A stretch of 64,000 bases of DNA from NCBI GenBank assembly GCA_965242525.1, contig OZ251459.1:800001-864000 (forward strand), written 5' to 3'. Origin of the DNA: an uncultured Candidatus Binatia bacterium. Its GTDB lineage: Bacteria; Desulfobacterota; Binatia; UBA9968; JAJDTQ01. Made by a program: the position numbers and the translations under genes. How positions within the stretch are numbered: the stretch's first letter is position 1; every line of letters begins with the position of its first letter. The notes under the pieces were generated by a model. It worked only from the letters and a program-made list of their open reading frames with translations. It was not told where the DNA came from and made no database searches. Below are positions 32,587 through 42,599 of this stretch, in pieces.

Positions 32587-33654
32587 ATGAAGTTCGTGGA
32601 CGAGGTGGAGATCACGGTGAAGGCCGGCGACGGCGGGCGCGGCTGCATGAGCTTCCGCCGCGAGAAGTTCGTCCCCAGGGGAGGACCGGACGGCGGCGAC
32701 GGCGGCGATGGCGGGCACGTCCGGGTGGCCGCGGACCCGCACCTCTCGACCCTGCTCGACCTCCGCTACCGGAGGCTCTACCGCGGCGGCCGCGGCCAGC
32801 ACGGGCGCGGCAAGGACCAGCACGGCAGGAACGGCGAGGACCGGGTGGTCCGGACGCCGGTGGGGACCCTGGTGCGGGACGCGGGGACCGGCGACCTCAT
32901 CGCCGACATCGACTCGCTTTCGTGCGACGTGGTGGTGGCCCGGGGCGGCAAGGGGGGCAAGGGCAACGGCCGCTTCGCCACGCCCGCGCGCCAGGCGCCG
33001 CGTTACGCCCAGCCCGGACTGCCGGGGGAGGAGCGCGAACTCCGCCTGGAGTTGCGGCTCCTGGCCGACGTGGGGCTCGTGGGCCTGCCCAACGCGGGCA
33101 AGTCCACGCTCATATCGGTCCTCTCCGCGGCGCGCCCCAAGATCGCGGACTACCCCTTCACCACCCTGGCGCCCAACCTGGGGGTAGCGCGCCGGGACGA
33201 CCGCAGTTTCGTGGTGGCGGACATCCCCGGGCTCATCGAGGGGGCCCATCGCGGCGAGGGTCTGGGGCACCGCTTCCTCAAGCACGTGATGCGCACCCGG
33301 CTGCTGGTCCACGTGCTGGACGCGTTCCGGCCCGAGGACGGGGACCCCAGGACCGACTTCGAGACCGTGAACCGCGAGTTGGCGCTGTTCGACCACGAGT
33401 TGCCGCGGAAGCCCCAGATCGTCGCCGCAAGCAAAGTCGATCTGCTGCCGGACCGGGGGGCGCTGCGCGCCCTCGAAGAGTTCTTCGGCTCCCGCGGCTA
33501 CCGGTTCTGCGCGGTGTCGGCCGTCACCGGAGAGGGGCTGGAGCGGCTCAAGACCCTGATGGTCCAGGGCTTGGCGGCCCAGGATGCGCCCGCGGCCCCG
33601 CGTGAACCGGCCCCGCCCGGGCCGGCCGCGCGCGGCATGGAGTCCCATGGCTGA
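32587..33654 (+). CDS. obgE: GTPase ObgE
   Basis: FRREKFVPRGGPDGG, GLPNAGKST, YPFTT, DIPG. Confidence 0.97.
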   Translation: MKFVDEVEITVKAGDGGRGCMSFRREKFVPRGGPDGGDGGDGGHVRVAADPHLSTLLDLRYRRLYRGGRGQHGRGKDQHGRNGEDRVVRTPVGTLVRDAGTGDLIADIDSLSCDVVVARGGKGGKGNGRFATPARQAPRYAQPGLPGEERELRLELRLLADVGLVGLPNAGKSTLISVLSAARPKIADYPFTTLAPNLGVARRDDRSFVVADIPGLIEGAHRGEGLGHRFLKHVMRTRLLVHVLDAFRPEDGDPRTDFETVNRELALFDHELPRKPQIVAASKVDLLPDRGALRALEEFFGSRGYRFCAVSAVTGEGLERLKTLMVQGLAAQDAPAAPREPAPPGPAARGMESHG

Positions 33655-34777
33655 CCTGCGGCGCAAACACGTCCGCCGGGCGAAACGGGTGGTGGTCAAG
33701 ATCGGCAGCCGCATCCTGTCGTCCGAGCGCGGGCTGCACCAACGGCGCATCCGCCGGATCGTGCGCGAACTGGCCGCCCTGCACGACCGGGTGAAGAACC
33801 TCCTGGTGGTGAGCTCGGGCGCCATCGCGTCCGGGATCAGCCGGCTGGGCCTCACCGAACGTCCCAGGGAACTGCCCCAGGAACAGGCGTTGGCCGCGGT
33901 GGGGCAGATCCGGCTCATGGCCCTCTACGAGAACTGCTTCCGCGGTTTCGGGAAGCATATCGCCCAGGTGCTGCTGACCCACGAGGACCTGGCCGACCGC
34001 AGGCGCTACCTCAACGCCAAGCACACCCTCAAGACACTGCTGGCCTGGAACATCATCCCCATCGTCAACGAGAACGACACGGTGGCGGTGGAGGAGGTGC
34101 GGTTCGGCGACAACGACCACCTGTCCGCGCTGGTGGCCACCCTCATGGAGATGGACCTGCTGGTCATACTCAGCGACGTGGACGGCGTCTTCGACCGGGA
34201 CCCCCGGTCCGACCCCGACGCCCGCCTCCTCCCCGTGGTCACCGACATCGACGAGGCCAAGGAGGCGGCCCGGGACGCCCGGCCGTCCGAGCTCGGACGA
34301 GGGGGGATGTTCTCGAAGCTCTGCGCCGCGGAAGAGGCGAGGCGCGCCGGCATCCCTACGGTCATCGCCAGCGGGCAGCGGGAGGGGGTATTGAGCGGGC
34401 TGCTCGACGGGAGCTGCGAGTCGGGCACCCTGGTGCTGCCCGACGAGCGCCGCCTGACCAGCCGCAAGCACTGGATCCTCTACAACCTCAAGCCTTCGGG
34501 CGATGTGACGGTGGACGGGGGCGCCCGCGCCGCGGTGACGGTGAAGGGCAAGAGCCTGTTGCCGTCGGGCCTGCGGGAGGTGCGCGGCTCCTTCGGCGCG
34601 GGGGCGTGCGTCCGGTGCATGGACCACGAGGGCCGCGAGTTCGCCCGGGGGCTGGTGAACTACAGCGCGCAGGAGTTGCGGAAGATCAAGGGTGCGCACT
34701 CGGGCAGGATCGAGGCTATCCTGGGGTACAAGGCATACGACGAGATCATACACCGCGACGATCTCGTGGTGCTGTAG
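33647..34777 (+). CDS. proB: Glutamate 5-kinase
   Basis: VVKIGS, SSGA, NENDTV, GDND, PUA domain. Confidence 0.96.
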   Translation: MADLRRKHVRRAKRVVVKIGSRILSSERGLHQRRIRRIVRELAALHDRVKNLLVVSSGAIASGISRLGLTERPRELPQEQALAAVGQIRLMALYENCFRGFGKHIAQVLLTHEDLADRRRYLNAKHTLKTLLAWNIIPIVNENDTVAVEEVRFGDNDHLSALVATLMEMDLLVILSDVDGVFDRDPRSDPDARLLPVVTDIDEAKEAARDARPSELGRGGMFSKLCAAEEARRAGIPTVIASGQREGVLSGLLDGSCESGTLVLPDERRLTSRKHWILYNLKPSGDVTVDGGARAAVTVKGKSLLPSGLREVRGSFGAGACVRCMDHEGREFARGLVNYSAQELRKIKGAHSGRIEAILGYKAYDEIIHRDDLVVL

Positions 34778-34798
34778 CGGTTCGAACGGGGGGTCGTC

Positions 34799-36055
34799 AT
34801 GGGAGCAGCCGAGGAAGCGAGGGCGGTGGGCCGGCAGGCCAGGGAGGCGGCCGGCGCGCTGGCCAACCTTTCCACCGACTCGAAGGACCGGGCCCTGCTG
34901 GCCATGGCCGACGGCCTCCTGGAACGCCAAGCGGAGATCCTGGAGGAGAACGCAAGGGACGTGGGGCAGGCGGAGGCCAAAGGGCTGTCGAAGGCGGTGA
35001 TCGACCGCATCGCGCTGGACCCCGGGCGGGTGGCGGCCATGGCCGCGGGGATACGGGACGTCGTGGCCCTGCCGGACCCGGTGCGGCAGGTCACCCGGAA
35101 GTGGCGCCGGCCCAACGGCCTGGAAGTGGGCAGGATGCGCATCCCCCTGGGGGTCGTCGCCATCATCTACGAGGCCCGGCCCAACGTCACCGCGGACGCC
35201 GCGTCCCTGTGCCTCAAGTCCGGCAACGCGGTCATCCTCAAGGGCGGCAGCGAAGCCAAGTTCTCCAACCAGGCCATCGGCGGGGTGCTGCGGGAGGCGT
35301 GCTCCCGGGCCGGCGCGCCCGCGGACGCGGTGCAGGTGGTGGCTTCCACCGACCGGGCCATGGTCCACGAGCTGCTCAAGCTGGAGCAGTACGTGGACCT
35401 GGTCATACCCCGGGGCGGCGAGGACCTGATCAGGTTCGTGGCCGCCAACTCCTCCGTGCCCGTGGTCAAGCACTACAAGGGGGTGTGCCACGTCTATGTG
35501 GACGGCGCCGCGGACCTGGAGATGGCGGAGCGCATCGCGCTCAACGCCAAGGTCCAGCGCCCGTCCGTGTGCAACGCCATGGAGACCCTGCTGGTGCACC
35601 GGGCCGCGGCGCCGCGGTTCCTGCCCGGGGCGGTGGAGAAGTTGCGGGAGAGCGGGGTGGAGGTGCGCGGCTGCGACCGGACCAGGGCGTTGGCCCCGGG
35701 GGTCGCCCCGGCTCGGGAGTCGGACTGGAGCGAAGAGTACCTGGACTTGGTGCTGTCGGTGCGCGTGGTGGAGGACATGGACGAGGCCATCGAGCACATC
35801 CGGCGCTACGGCTCGGACCACACCGAGACCATAGTGACCGCGGACCGGGGCAAGGCCGAGGAATTCGTGGCGCGGGTCAATTCCTCCGCGGTCCTGGTCA
35901 ACGCTTCCACCCGCTTCAACGACGGCGGCGAGCTCGGCCTGGGCGCGGAGATCGGCATCAGCACCAGCAAGATCCACGCCTTCGGCCCCATGGGGCTGGA
36001 AGAGCTCACCAGCACCAAGTTCTTCGTGTTCGGCGATGGACAGGTCCGCACCTAG
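34799..36055 (+). CDS. proA: Glutamate-5-semialdehyde dehydrogenase
   Basis: IYEARPNVT, KSGNA, CNAMETLL, NASTRF.DG. Confidence 0.97.
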   Translation: MGAAEEARAVGRQAREAAGALANLSTDSKDRALLAMADGLLERQAEILEENARDVGQAEAKGLSKAVIDRIALDPGRVAAMAAGIRDVVALPDPVRQVTRKWRRPNGLEVGRMRIPLGVVAIIYEARPNVTADAASLCLKSGNAVILKGGSEAKFSNQAIGGVLREACSRAGAPADAVQVVASTDRAMVHELLKLEQYVDLVIPRGGEDLIRFVAANSSVPVVKHYKGVCHVYVDGAADLEMAERIALNAKVQRPSVCNAMETLLVHRAAAPRFLPGAVEKLRESGVEVRGCDRTRALAPGVAPARESDWSEEYLDLVLSVRVVEDMDEAIEHIRRYGSDHTETIVTADRGKAEEFVARVNSSAVLVNASTRFNDGGELGLGAEIGISTSKIHAFGPMGLEELTSTKFFVFGDGQVRT

Positions 36056-36079
36056 GGCCCCGGAGGGGAGAGGGACCCG

Positions 36080-36736
36080 GTGAGGCTGGGGCTGTTCGGC
36101 GGCACCTTCGACCCGGTCCACTGGGGGCATCTCAGGAGCGCCGAAGAGGTGCGGGAAGCCTGCGCCCTGGACGAGGTCTGCTTCGTCCCGTGCGGCGTCC
36201 CGCCCCACAGGAGCGCCAGGCCCGCGGCCTCGGCGCGCCAGCGCCTGGAGATGGTGCGGCTCGCGGTGGAGGGCAACCCGGCCTTGGGCGTCTCCGACGT
36301 GGAGGTTGTCCGTCCGGGAAACTCCTACTCCATCGACACCGTGCGCCATTTCCTGGGGACCCTCGCGCCCGCGGACAGCCTCCACCTCATCCTGGGACTC
36401 GACGCGTTCCTGCTCATCGACGGCTGGAAGGACTGGCGCGAGCTGTTGCGGCTCACGCACGTGGTCGTTACTTCGCGTCCGGGCTTTGGCGACGCCCTGT
36501 CCTACGACGAGATCCCCGTTGTCGTGCGGGAGGCCTTTTGCTATGCTCCGGTGCGGTCCGGCTTCCGCAACGAGTACGGCAAGGAAATCCGGTTCGAGAG
36601 GCTGACGGACCTGTTCGTGTCCGCCTCCGCCATCCGGGACCTGCTTGGAAAGGGGATGTCCATTCGCTACCTGGTCCCTTCGGCAGTGCGGCGCTACGTG
36701 GAAGAACGGCGCCTCTACCGGGGGTGGCCGGGGTGA
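36080..36736 (+). CDS. nadD: Nicotinate-nucleotide adenylyltransferase
   Basis: GGTFDPVHWGH, SYSIDT, VSASAIR. Confidence 0.95.
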   Translation: MRLGLFGGTFDPVHWGHLRSAEEVREACALDEVCFVPCGVPPHRSARPAASARQRLEMVRLAVEGNPALGVSDVEVVRPGNSYSIDTVRHFLGTLAPADSLHLILGLDAFLLIDGWKDWRELLRLTHVVVTSRPGFGDALSYDEIPVVVREAFCYAPVRSGFRNEYGKEIRFERLTDLFVSASAIRDLLGKGMSIRYLVPSAVRRYVEERRLYRGWPG

Positions 36737-37227
36737 CCGCCACCCTCGACGCCGGGTCCCCGGCCGTGGACGCCAGGGCCAAGGCCCTGCTGCTCTGCGG
36801 TTTCGCGCTGGAAAAGAAGGCCCAGGACCTCGTGCTGCTGGAAGTCGGCCAGCTCACCACCATCGCCGACTTCTTCCTCATCTGCTCGGGCCGCTCCGAC
36901 CGCCACGTCCAGAGCATCGCCGAAGGGATCAGGGAAGACGCCCGCCCCCACAAGCTGCGTCCCCTCTCCAGTGAGGGGGTCTCGCTGGGCCAGTGGGTGT
37001 TGATGGACTTCTCGGACGTGCTGGTGCACGTCTTCTACGAGCCCGTGCGCCGGTTCTACGACCTCGACGGCATCTGGGGCGGCGCCCCGGCAGTGGAGTT
37101 GCCCGAACCCCACGCGACCCTCGCCGCGCAGTTCCGCGCCGACCCGTCCGAAGCCGAGCCGTGGAGCGAACGGGCGGGAGGCGGAAATACAGGGAGTGCG
37201 GGCGATCCGGCAGGGGTTGTGGATTGA
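36733..37227 (+). CDS. rsfS: Ribosome silencing factor
   Basis: EKKAQD, ADFFLICSG, WVLMDFSDVLVHVF...RFYDL; GTGA overlap with nadD. Confidence 0.92.
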   Translation: MTATLDAGSPAVDARAKALLLCGFALEKKAQDLVLLEVGQLTTIADFFLICSGRSDRHVQSIAEGIREDARPHKLRPLSSEGVSLGQWVLMDFSDVLVHVFYEPVRRFYDLDGIWGGAPAVELPEPHATLAAQFRADPSEAEPWSERAGGGNTGSAGDPAGVVD

Positions 37228-37296
37228 TCCCAACGGGACTCGAACCCGTGTTTCTGGCGTGAGAGGCCAGCGTCCTAACCGCTAGACGATGGGACC
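37225..37296 (-). tRNA. tRNA-Glu(CTC), CCA not encoded
   Basis: GGTCCCATCGTCTAGCGGTTAGGAC, anticodon arm CTGGC-CTCTCAC-GCCAG, GGTTCGAGTCC. Confidence 0.96.
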
Positions 37297-37297
37297 G

Positions 37298-37373
37298 TGG
37301 CTGAGGAGGTAGGACTCGAACCTACAATCGCCTGATCCAGAGTCAGGTGGCTTACCAATTAGCCGACTCCTCA
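37298..37373 (-). tRNA. tRNA-Gln(CTG)
   Basis: TGAGGAG/CTCCTCA stem, anticodon arm CCTGA-CTCTGGA-TCAGG, encoded CCA. Confidence 0.96.
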
Positions 37374-37384
37374 AGGTGGCTCCA

Positions 37385-37413
37385 AGGATAGAGGAAACCG
37401 GGCCGGGCGTCAA
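37385..37413 (-). promoter_or_regulatory. Putative promoter of the tRNA-Gln/Glu pair
   Basis: TTGACG-N17-TATCCT on the minus strand. Confidence 0.6.
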
Positions 37414-37548
37414 GCTGGCCGGATCCGCCGCCGGAGGGAAGGGGACCTCGTTGAAGCCTCCGAGAAATCAGGTTAGATTGGGCATGGAAGCGCAAGCGGG
37501 AAGCGTCCGATTTTTTCTCCCGTGAACCGCACGGAAGGTCAAGACCTG

Positions 37549-40152
37549 ATGGCGGACTCCTTTCTTTTCGATTCTCTCAAGAGCGCCGCGGGCGAATGGC
37601 GGCGGAGCGGATACCCTTGCGGCGGCTACCCGCTGATCGGCGAGATACTCGCCTGGCAGACGGAGAAGCAGGAAGACCGCTCGGTTCCCAAATATCTGCG
37701 CGAGCCTCAACTCCTCGCCATGGAAGTGTACTGGTATGTCCGCCTCGTGCTGAAAACCCCCCACATCCTCGACATTTACAGGCATTTCTACGGGACGGAC
37801 AAGAAGGTCTTCTTCGAGGCGCTTGGCGTTTCCATATCGAGGGATGCTCTGGAGTGGGCGGACATCGACGGGGTTATCCGAAGGGTCAAGGAGGACGAGG
37901 GTTTCGTGAGGGACAAGAGGATACAGGCCCTGCACGAAGCCGCGAAACTGGACTACCCCAGCTACATCCTCGCCCTGGCGATGGGGGCGGGCAAGACCGT
38001 GCTGATCGGCGCGATCGTCGCCACCGAGTTCGCCATGTCCATGCGGTATCCCGACGGCGAAACCAGGTTCATGAAGAACGCCCTCGTTTTCGCCCCCGGC
38101 ACCACCATCATCGAAAGCCTGCGGGAGCTCAGCGGAATGCCTTACGACAAGGTTTTGCCGCCCGGGCTGAACCGGGACTTTCTCGCCAATCTGAAAATCG
38201 AGTTTCCGGGCCACGAGAAGGACATCCAGGCGCAGAAGGGAAGCAGCTACAACCTGATCGTCACGAACACCGAAAAAATCAGCCTGCGCGCGGTTCCGAG
38301 AAAAAACCAGCCGACCCTGATCGCAGAACGCAAGAGAGTGCAGGCGAACCTGCGGCTCCAGAAGATAGCGAGCCTGCCGAATCTCGGCGTGTTTTCGGAC
38401 GAGGCGCATCACACCTACGGCAACACCTTCGACCAGCTAAAGCGGGTGCGGGAGACCATAAACTACATCCACGAGGAGCGGCCCATCGTGGCGGTGGTCA
38501 ATACGACAGGAACGCCGTACTACGAGAAGCAGCTCCTGAAGGAGGTCGTCATCTGGTACGGGCTTGGGGACGGCATCAGGGACAACATCCTCAAGGACCT
38601 CAACAACGGAGTTCATCAATACGACATCGGCAGGGAGTCGGACGAGGATGTGTTCCGGGACATCGTCGAGGAGTTTTTCCGCGGCTACGGCGCTGTCGCC
38701 CTCCCCGACGGCGCGAAGGCGAAGATCGCCTTCTACTTCAAGACGCAGGCGCACCTGGAGGCTTCCCGGGCCTTTATCGAGCGGGCGATGACGGGGATAG
38801 GCGAGGAGGTTTCCCAAGTCCTGGTGAACACGCAGAAGTCCGCCGTCGCCGAGGTGGACGACTTCAAGAGGCTGAACAATCCCGACAACCGGAAACGAGT
38901 CATCCTGCTCATCGGCAAGGGCGTGGAGGGCTGGAACTGCCCGAGCCTGTTCGCCTGCGCCCTCATCAAGGAGCAGACGACCAGCAGCAACTACGTCTTG
39001 CAGGCGGCGACCCGGTGCTTGCGGCAGGTTCCCGGAAACACGCGGTCGGCGAAAATTTTCCTGGACTACGGCAACGCGAGGATCCTCGACAAGCAGCTAC
39101 AGGACAACTTCCGCACCGACCTCGGCCGGCTGAGCGCCGGGGCCGGGGAGAAGGCAACCGTCACCCTGCGCATCCTCAAGACGCGGCTGCCCGAACTGGA
39201 AATCACCCGCACCGTGAAAAGAGCGGTCCGGAAGAGGACGCCGGGCGCGGACATTCTCCTTGCAAAGCCGGACGCGGCGGCTCCGCCTCCCATTCTGCGC
39301 AGCGTGTTCACCCCCGACTTCAGCGGACCGGGAGAAATCCTGACGCCGACCGGCGAAATGGAGGAGCTGCCTGTGGCAGAGGGGATCGTGAGCCGCCACG
39401 CCGCCGCCTGGAGAATCGCGTCGAGATACCACCTGCCGATCCTCCCGATTCTCAAAAGCCTCGAAAGCCTTTACCCGGAAGGGACAGTGCCCCAAAGCCA
39501 CTTGTACGGGCTGTTCCGGCAAGTGGAGGAGCAGCAGGCGAACTACGGTACGGTGGAGGAAAAGGTAACCGAGGCCATGGCGCTGATCCGGGTTTGGGAC
39601 GAGAACGGAAAAGACCTTTTCGAGAGGGACGAGGACGGCTGCTTCGTCCATCGTCTGCGGCTGCTGAAGCGCACTCATGAGCGGATGAAGGATCCTGGCC
39701 TGTTGGCCGAAAGCGGGAGCTACGAGGACAAGGGGGATTTGAGTTTCCACTACACGCCTTACAATTTCGACTCCACGCCCGAGCGGTCCTTCTTCGGTGG
39801 GATTCTGTCCGCCCTCGATGCGGAACCGGACGACGTGGAGGCGTTCCTGTTCACGGGCGGCCTCACGGATCCGAAGAAGACCGACTTCCATTTCGAGTAT
39901 CTCGGCGAGGATCGTCGCTACCACCGCTATTTCCCCGACTTCGTGATCGTGAAGAAAACGGGGGAGTTCCATATCGTCGAGGTGAAGGCGGAGAGCGAGC
40001 GGGGCAACGTCATTGTGGAAGCGAAGAAGAAGGCAATGGAGCGGATTCAAGGGTTGCAGCCGGAGCGGTTCAAGTATCAGATCGTCTATGCGCCTGAATC
40101 GACGATAGGTCCACGGGAAGCCAAGCCCGTGCTGGATTGGATAAACGCATAG
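37549..40152 (+). CDS. Type III-like restriction subunit (SF2 helicase + PD-(D/E)XK nuclease)
   Basis: LAMGAGKT, DEAHH, TGTP, EGW; C-terminal YFPDFVI...IVEVK. Confidence 0.88.
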   Translation: MADSFLFDSLKSAAGEWRRSGYPCGGYPLIGEILAWQTEKQEDRSVPKYLREPQLLAMEVYWYVRLVLKTPHILDIYRHFYGTDKKVFFEALGVSISRDALEWADIDGVIRRVKEDEGFVRDKRIQALHEAAKLDYPSYILALAMGAGKTVLIGAIVATEFAMSMRYPDGETRFMKNALVFAPGTTIIESLRELSGMPYDKVLPPGLNRDFLANLKIEFPGHEKDIQAQKGSSYNLIVTNTEKISLRAVPRKNQPTLIAERKRVQANLRLQKIASLPNLGVFSDEAHHTYGNTFDQLKRVRETINYIHEERPIVAVVNTTGTPYYEKQLLKEVVIWYGLGDGIRDNILKDLNNGVHQYDIGRESDEDVFRDIVEEFFRGYGAVALPDGAKAKIAFYFKTQAHLEASRAFIERAMTGIGEEVSQVLVNTQKSAVAEVDDFKRLNNPDNRKRVILLIGKGVEGWNCPSLFACALIKEQTTSSNYVLQAATRCLRQVPGNTRSAKIFLDYGNARILDKQLQDNFRTDLGRLSAGAGEKATVTLRILKTRLPELEITRTVKRAVRKRTPGADILLAKPDAAAPPPILRSVFTPDFSGPGEILTPTGEMEELPVAEGIVSRHAAAWRIASRYHLPILPILKSLESLYPEGTVPQSHLYGLFRQVEEQQANYGTVEEKVTEAMALIRVWDENGKDLFERDEDGCFVHRLRLLKRTHERMKDPGLLAESGSYEDKGDLSFHYTPYNFDSTPERSFFGGILSALDAEPDDVEAFLFTGGLTDPKKTDFHFEYLGEDRRYHRYFPDFVIVKKTGEFHIVEVKAESERGNVIVEAKKKAMERIQGLQPERFKYQIVYAPESTIGPREAKPVLDWINA

Positions 40153-40163
40153 GAGAACGAAAC

Positions 40164-40229
40164 ATGAGAACCTTCAATGTGTTCATCAGCCATTCTTGGA
40201 CTTGCCAATGGAGATCGATCACTCCCTGA
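40164..40229 (+). pseudogene. 5' stub of a TIR-domain (ThsB/MTH538-like) gene
   Basis: AGGAGA RBS, then MRTFNVFISHSWT and a stop after 21 codons. Confidence 0.6.
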
Positions 40230-40233
40230 TCCA

Positions 40234-42003
40234 ATGACCGCTTCCCTCGAAATCACCCCGATCAAGGGACGCCCGATGCTGCACTGGGTCGGGAAGAAGC
40301 CGCTCGACCTCGTGCGCCACTATCCGGCGCAGGTCTGCGAGGGCGTCGGCGTCAGGAACCCGCCTGCAGAGCCCTCGTGGGAGGACTTCATCGAGAGCGG
40401 GACGAACCTGCTCTTTCACGGCGACAACAAGGAGGTCCTCTCATCCCTGCTGGTCGCCGGCTTCCGGGGCCGAGTGGACCTCATCTATATCGATCCGCCC
40501 TTCGATTCCGGCGCGGATTACGTCCGCAAGGTAAGGCTGCGCGGGGAGACGGGGACTCTCGAAGGCCGAGGCCATACCCTGCTGGAGCGGGTGCAGTACG
40601 AGGACATATGGGCGAACGACAACTACCTGCAATTCGTGTATGAGCGGCTGATTCTGATGCGCGAATTGCTGAGCAACCGGGGAAATATCTACCTCCATTG
40701 CGACTGGCACAAGAGCCACCATCTACGCTTTCTGCTGGACGAGGTGTTCGGCGCGGAGAATTTCGTCAACGAAGTGATTTGGCACTACAAGCGATGGACC
40801 GCTCCCAGTGACAATTTTCAGGCATTGCACGACTCCATTTTCTGGTATGCAAAGAACAAGACCAGCAGGATCTACAATACGGTATGGGTCGTTCCGGCAA
40901 ACGTAGAGAAGGGAAGGAAGGAAAACTACCAGGAAGACGAAGAGGGAAGGCTGTATCGCTGGCAAACTGCGAATGGGGAAAGGTACAAGATTTATCGAGA
41001 CCAGAAGGGCGTACAGGCCGGGGACGTCTGGGAGATCGCTTTCGTTCATCCTTCAGGGCAGGAAAGGAAGGATTTTCCCACACAAAAGCCCGAAGCCCTT
41101 CTCGAACGCATCATCAAGGCTTCGAGCCACGAGGATTCCATCGTCCTGGACTGTTTCTGCGGCTCAGGCACGGCGGCCGCGGTCGCGGAGAGGCTGGGCC
41201 GGCGCTGGATCATGGCGGACATCAACAAGGGCGCGATCCAGACGACCATGAAGCGTTTGCAAGGCGTCGTCGGTGAAAAGAACGGTGACTTCCTTGAGAA
41301 GGGGCGCGGGTTCGTCCACTACCGGGTGAACGACTACGACGCCGCCAACCACAACGACCTCAAGCGCGTCATCCTCTCCAGATACGGGGTTCAGACGGAC
41401 GCCAAGGATCTGTTTTTCGACGGAACCACCGCCGATGGCCTGCTGGCGAAAATCGTGGATTTGAACAGGCCCCTCACCCGACTGGACGTGCAGATCGTCA
41501 AGGACGAGATCACGGACAACCGGCCGGACGAGACCCGGGACGTTTGCGTGTTCTGCAACGGCTCCGAACTGGGGATCATCGAAGAGCTCGACCGCGAAAA
41601 GAGCCCCATCAACAGAATCTCCGTATGCGACGTTCAACAGGAGGGGGTGATTACCAACCGGCCCGCCGAGGCGGAGGTGGAGATCGAAAGGAGCGGCGCG
41701 AAGGCCCGGATCAGGGTTCTCGACTACATCAGCCCCTCCATCCTGGCGCGGATGGAGATGGACCGCACTATATTCGATGAGCGGATCGACGACTTTCGCG
41801 CGCAGATCGACTGCGTGCTCATCGACGCCGACTACGACGGCGAATGCTTCAAGATCGCGGAAAGCGATTTGCCCAAGAGGCGGACCGACTTCATCAAGAG
41901 CGATTATGAGTTGGAACTGCCGCGAACCGACGCCAAAGTCGCCGTCAAGATCGTGGACATGCTCGGCGAGGAGGTTCTGGTGGTCGAATCCGACGATAGC
42001 TGA
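40234..42003 (+). CDS. Type III-like DNA methyltransferase (Mod, beta class)
   Basis: IYIDPPF, FPTQKPEALLERII, LDCFCGSGT. Confidence 0.92.
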   Translation: MTASLEITPIKGRPMLHWVGKKPLDLVRHYPAQVCEGVGVRNPPAEPSWEDFIESGTNLLFHGDNKEVLSSLLVAGFRGRVDLIYIDPPFDSGADYVRKVRLRGETGTLEGRGHTLLERVQYEDIWANDNYLQFVYERLILMRELLSNRGNIYLHCDWHKSHHLRFLLDEVFGAENFVNEVIWHYKRWTAPSDNFQALHDSIFWYAKNKTSRIYNTVWVVPANVEKGRKENYQEDEEGRLYRWQTANGERYKIYRDQKGVQAGDVWEIAFVHPSGQERKDFPTQKPEALLERIIKASSHEDSIVLDCFCGSGTAAAVAERLGRRWIMADINKGAIQTTMKRLQGVVGEKNGDFLEKGRGFVHYRVNDYDAANHNDLKRVILSRYGVQTDAKDLFFDGTTADGLLAKIVDLNRPLTRLDVQIVKDEITDNRPDETRDVCVFCNGSELGIIEELDREKSPINRISVCDVQQEGVITNRPAEAEVEIERSGAKARIRVLDYISPSILARMEMDRTIFDERIDDFRAQIDCVLIDADYDGECFKIAESDLPKRRTDFIKSDYELELPRTDAKVAVKIVDMLGEEVLVVESDDS

Positions 42004-42101
42004 AGGATCAGGAAGCGCTTCGGGTAGCCCGGATTCCACCGCACTTTCTTTTCAACGCTCTCAAACGCGCCGCAGGCGAGTATCCTGGATAAAAATCTGA
42101 A

Positions 42102-42599
42102 ATGCTGACGGACCCGGAGATTCAAGCCCTGGTAACGTCCCCGAAAAGGATCGCCCGCAGGAATCCGGCCAGAGGGTATGTCGAAGAAAACGGCCACAGG
42201 CGATGCTCGTTGGTGATGGAATGCGTTGAGGGAGAAGGAGAATCCTTCACCGTCTTTGTTCGCCAGAACAGCCAGTTCATAGAAAACTACTCTATCGGAC
42301 TGCGCTGGCAAACCGGAAACAGGGATTGGGGGTCCATAACGCTCGTTCGCTACAACGGTCCGCATGGAGAGGTCAGTCGTGATGAAGACGGTCATTATGC
42401 CAAGCCGCACATACACCGCATGACGGCTGAGGAAATGCAGGCCGGAAGTGTAAGACCACCGGAGAGGCAGAGGGAAATTACCGATAGATACAGCACGCTC
42501 GAAAGCGCTCTCGAAGTTTTCTTCGGTGACGCGGGCGTGACGAATTGGCGGGAGTATTTTCCCGAGTTGAGCCAAGGGAGTCTTTTCAATGAATCCTGA
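42102..42599 (+). CDS. DUF6978-like hypothetical protein
   Basis: MLTDPEIQAL, LVRYNGPH, PHIH, C-terminal QGSLF. Confidence 0.75.
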   Translation: MLTDPEIQALVTSPKRIARRNPARGYVEENGHRRCSLVMECVEGEGESFTVFVRQNSQFIENYSIGLRWQTGNRDWGSITLVRYNGPHGEVSRDEDGHYAKPHIHRMTAEEMQAGSVRPPERQREITDRYSTLESALEVFFGDAGVTNWREYFPELSQGSLFNES

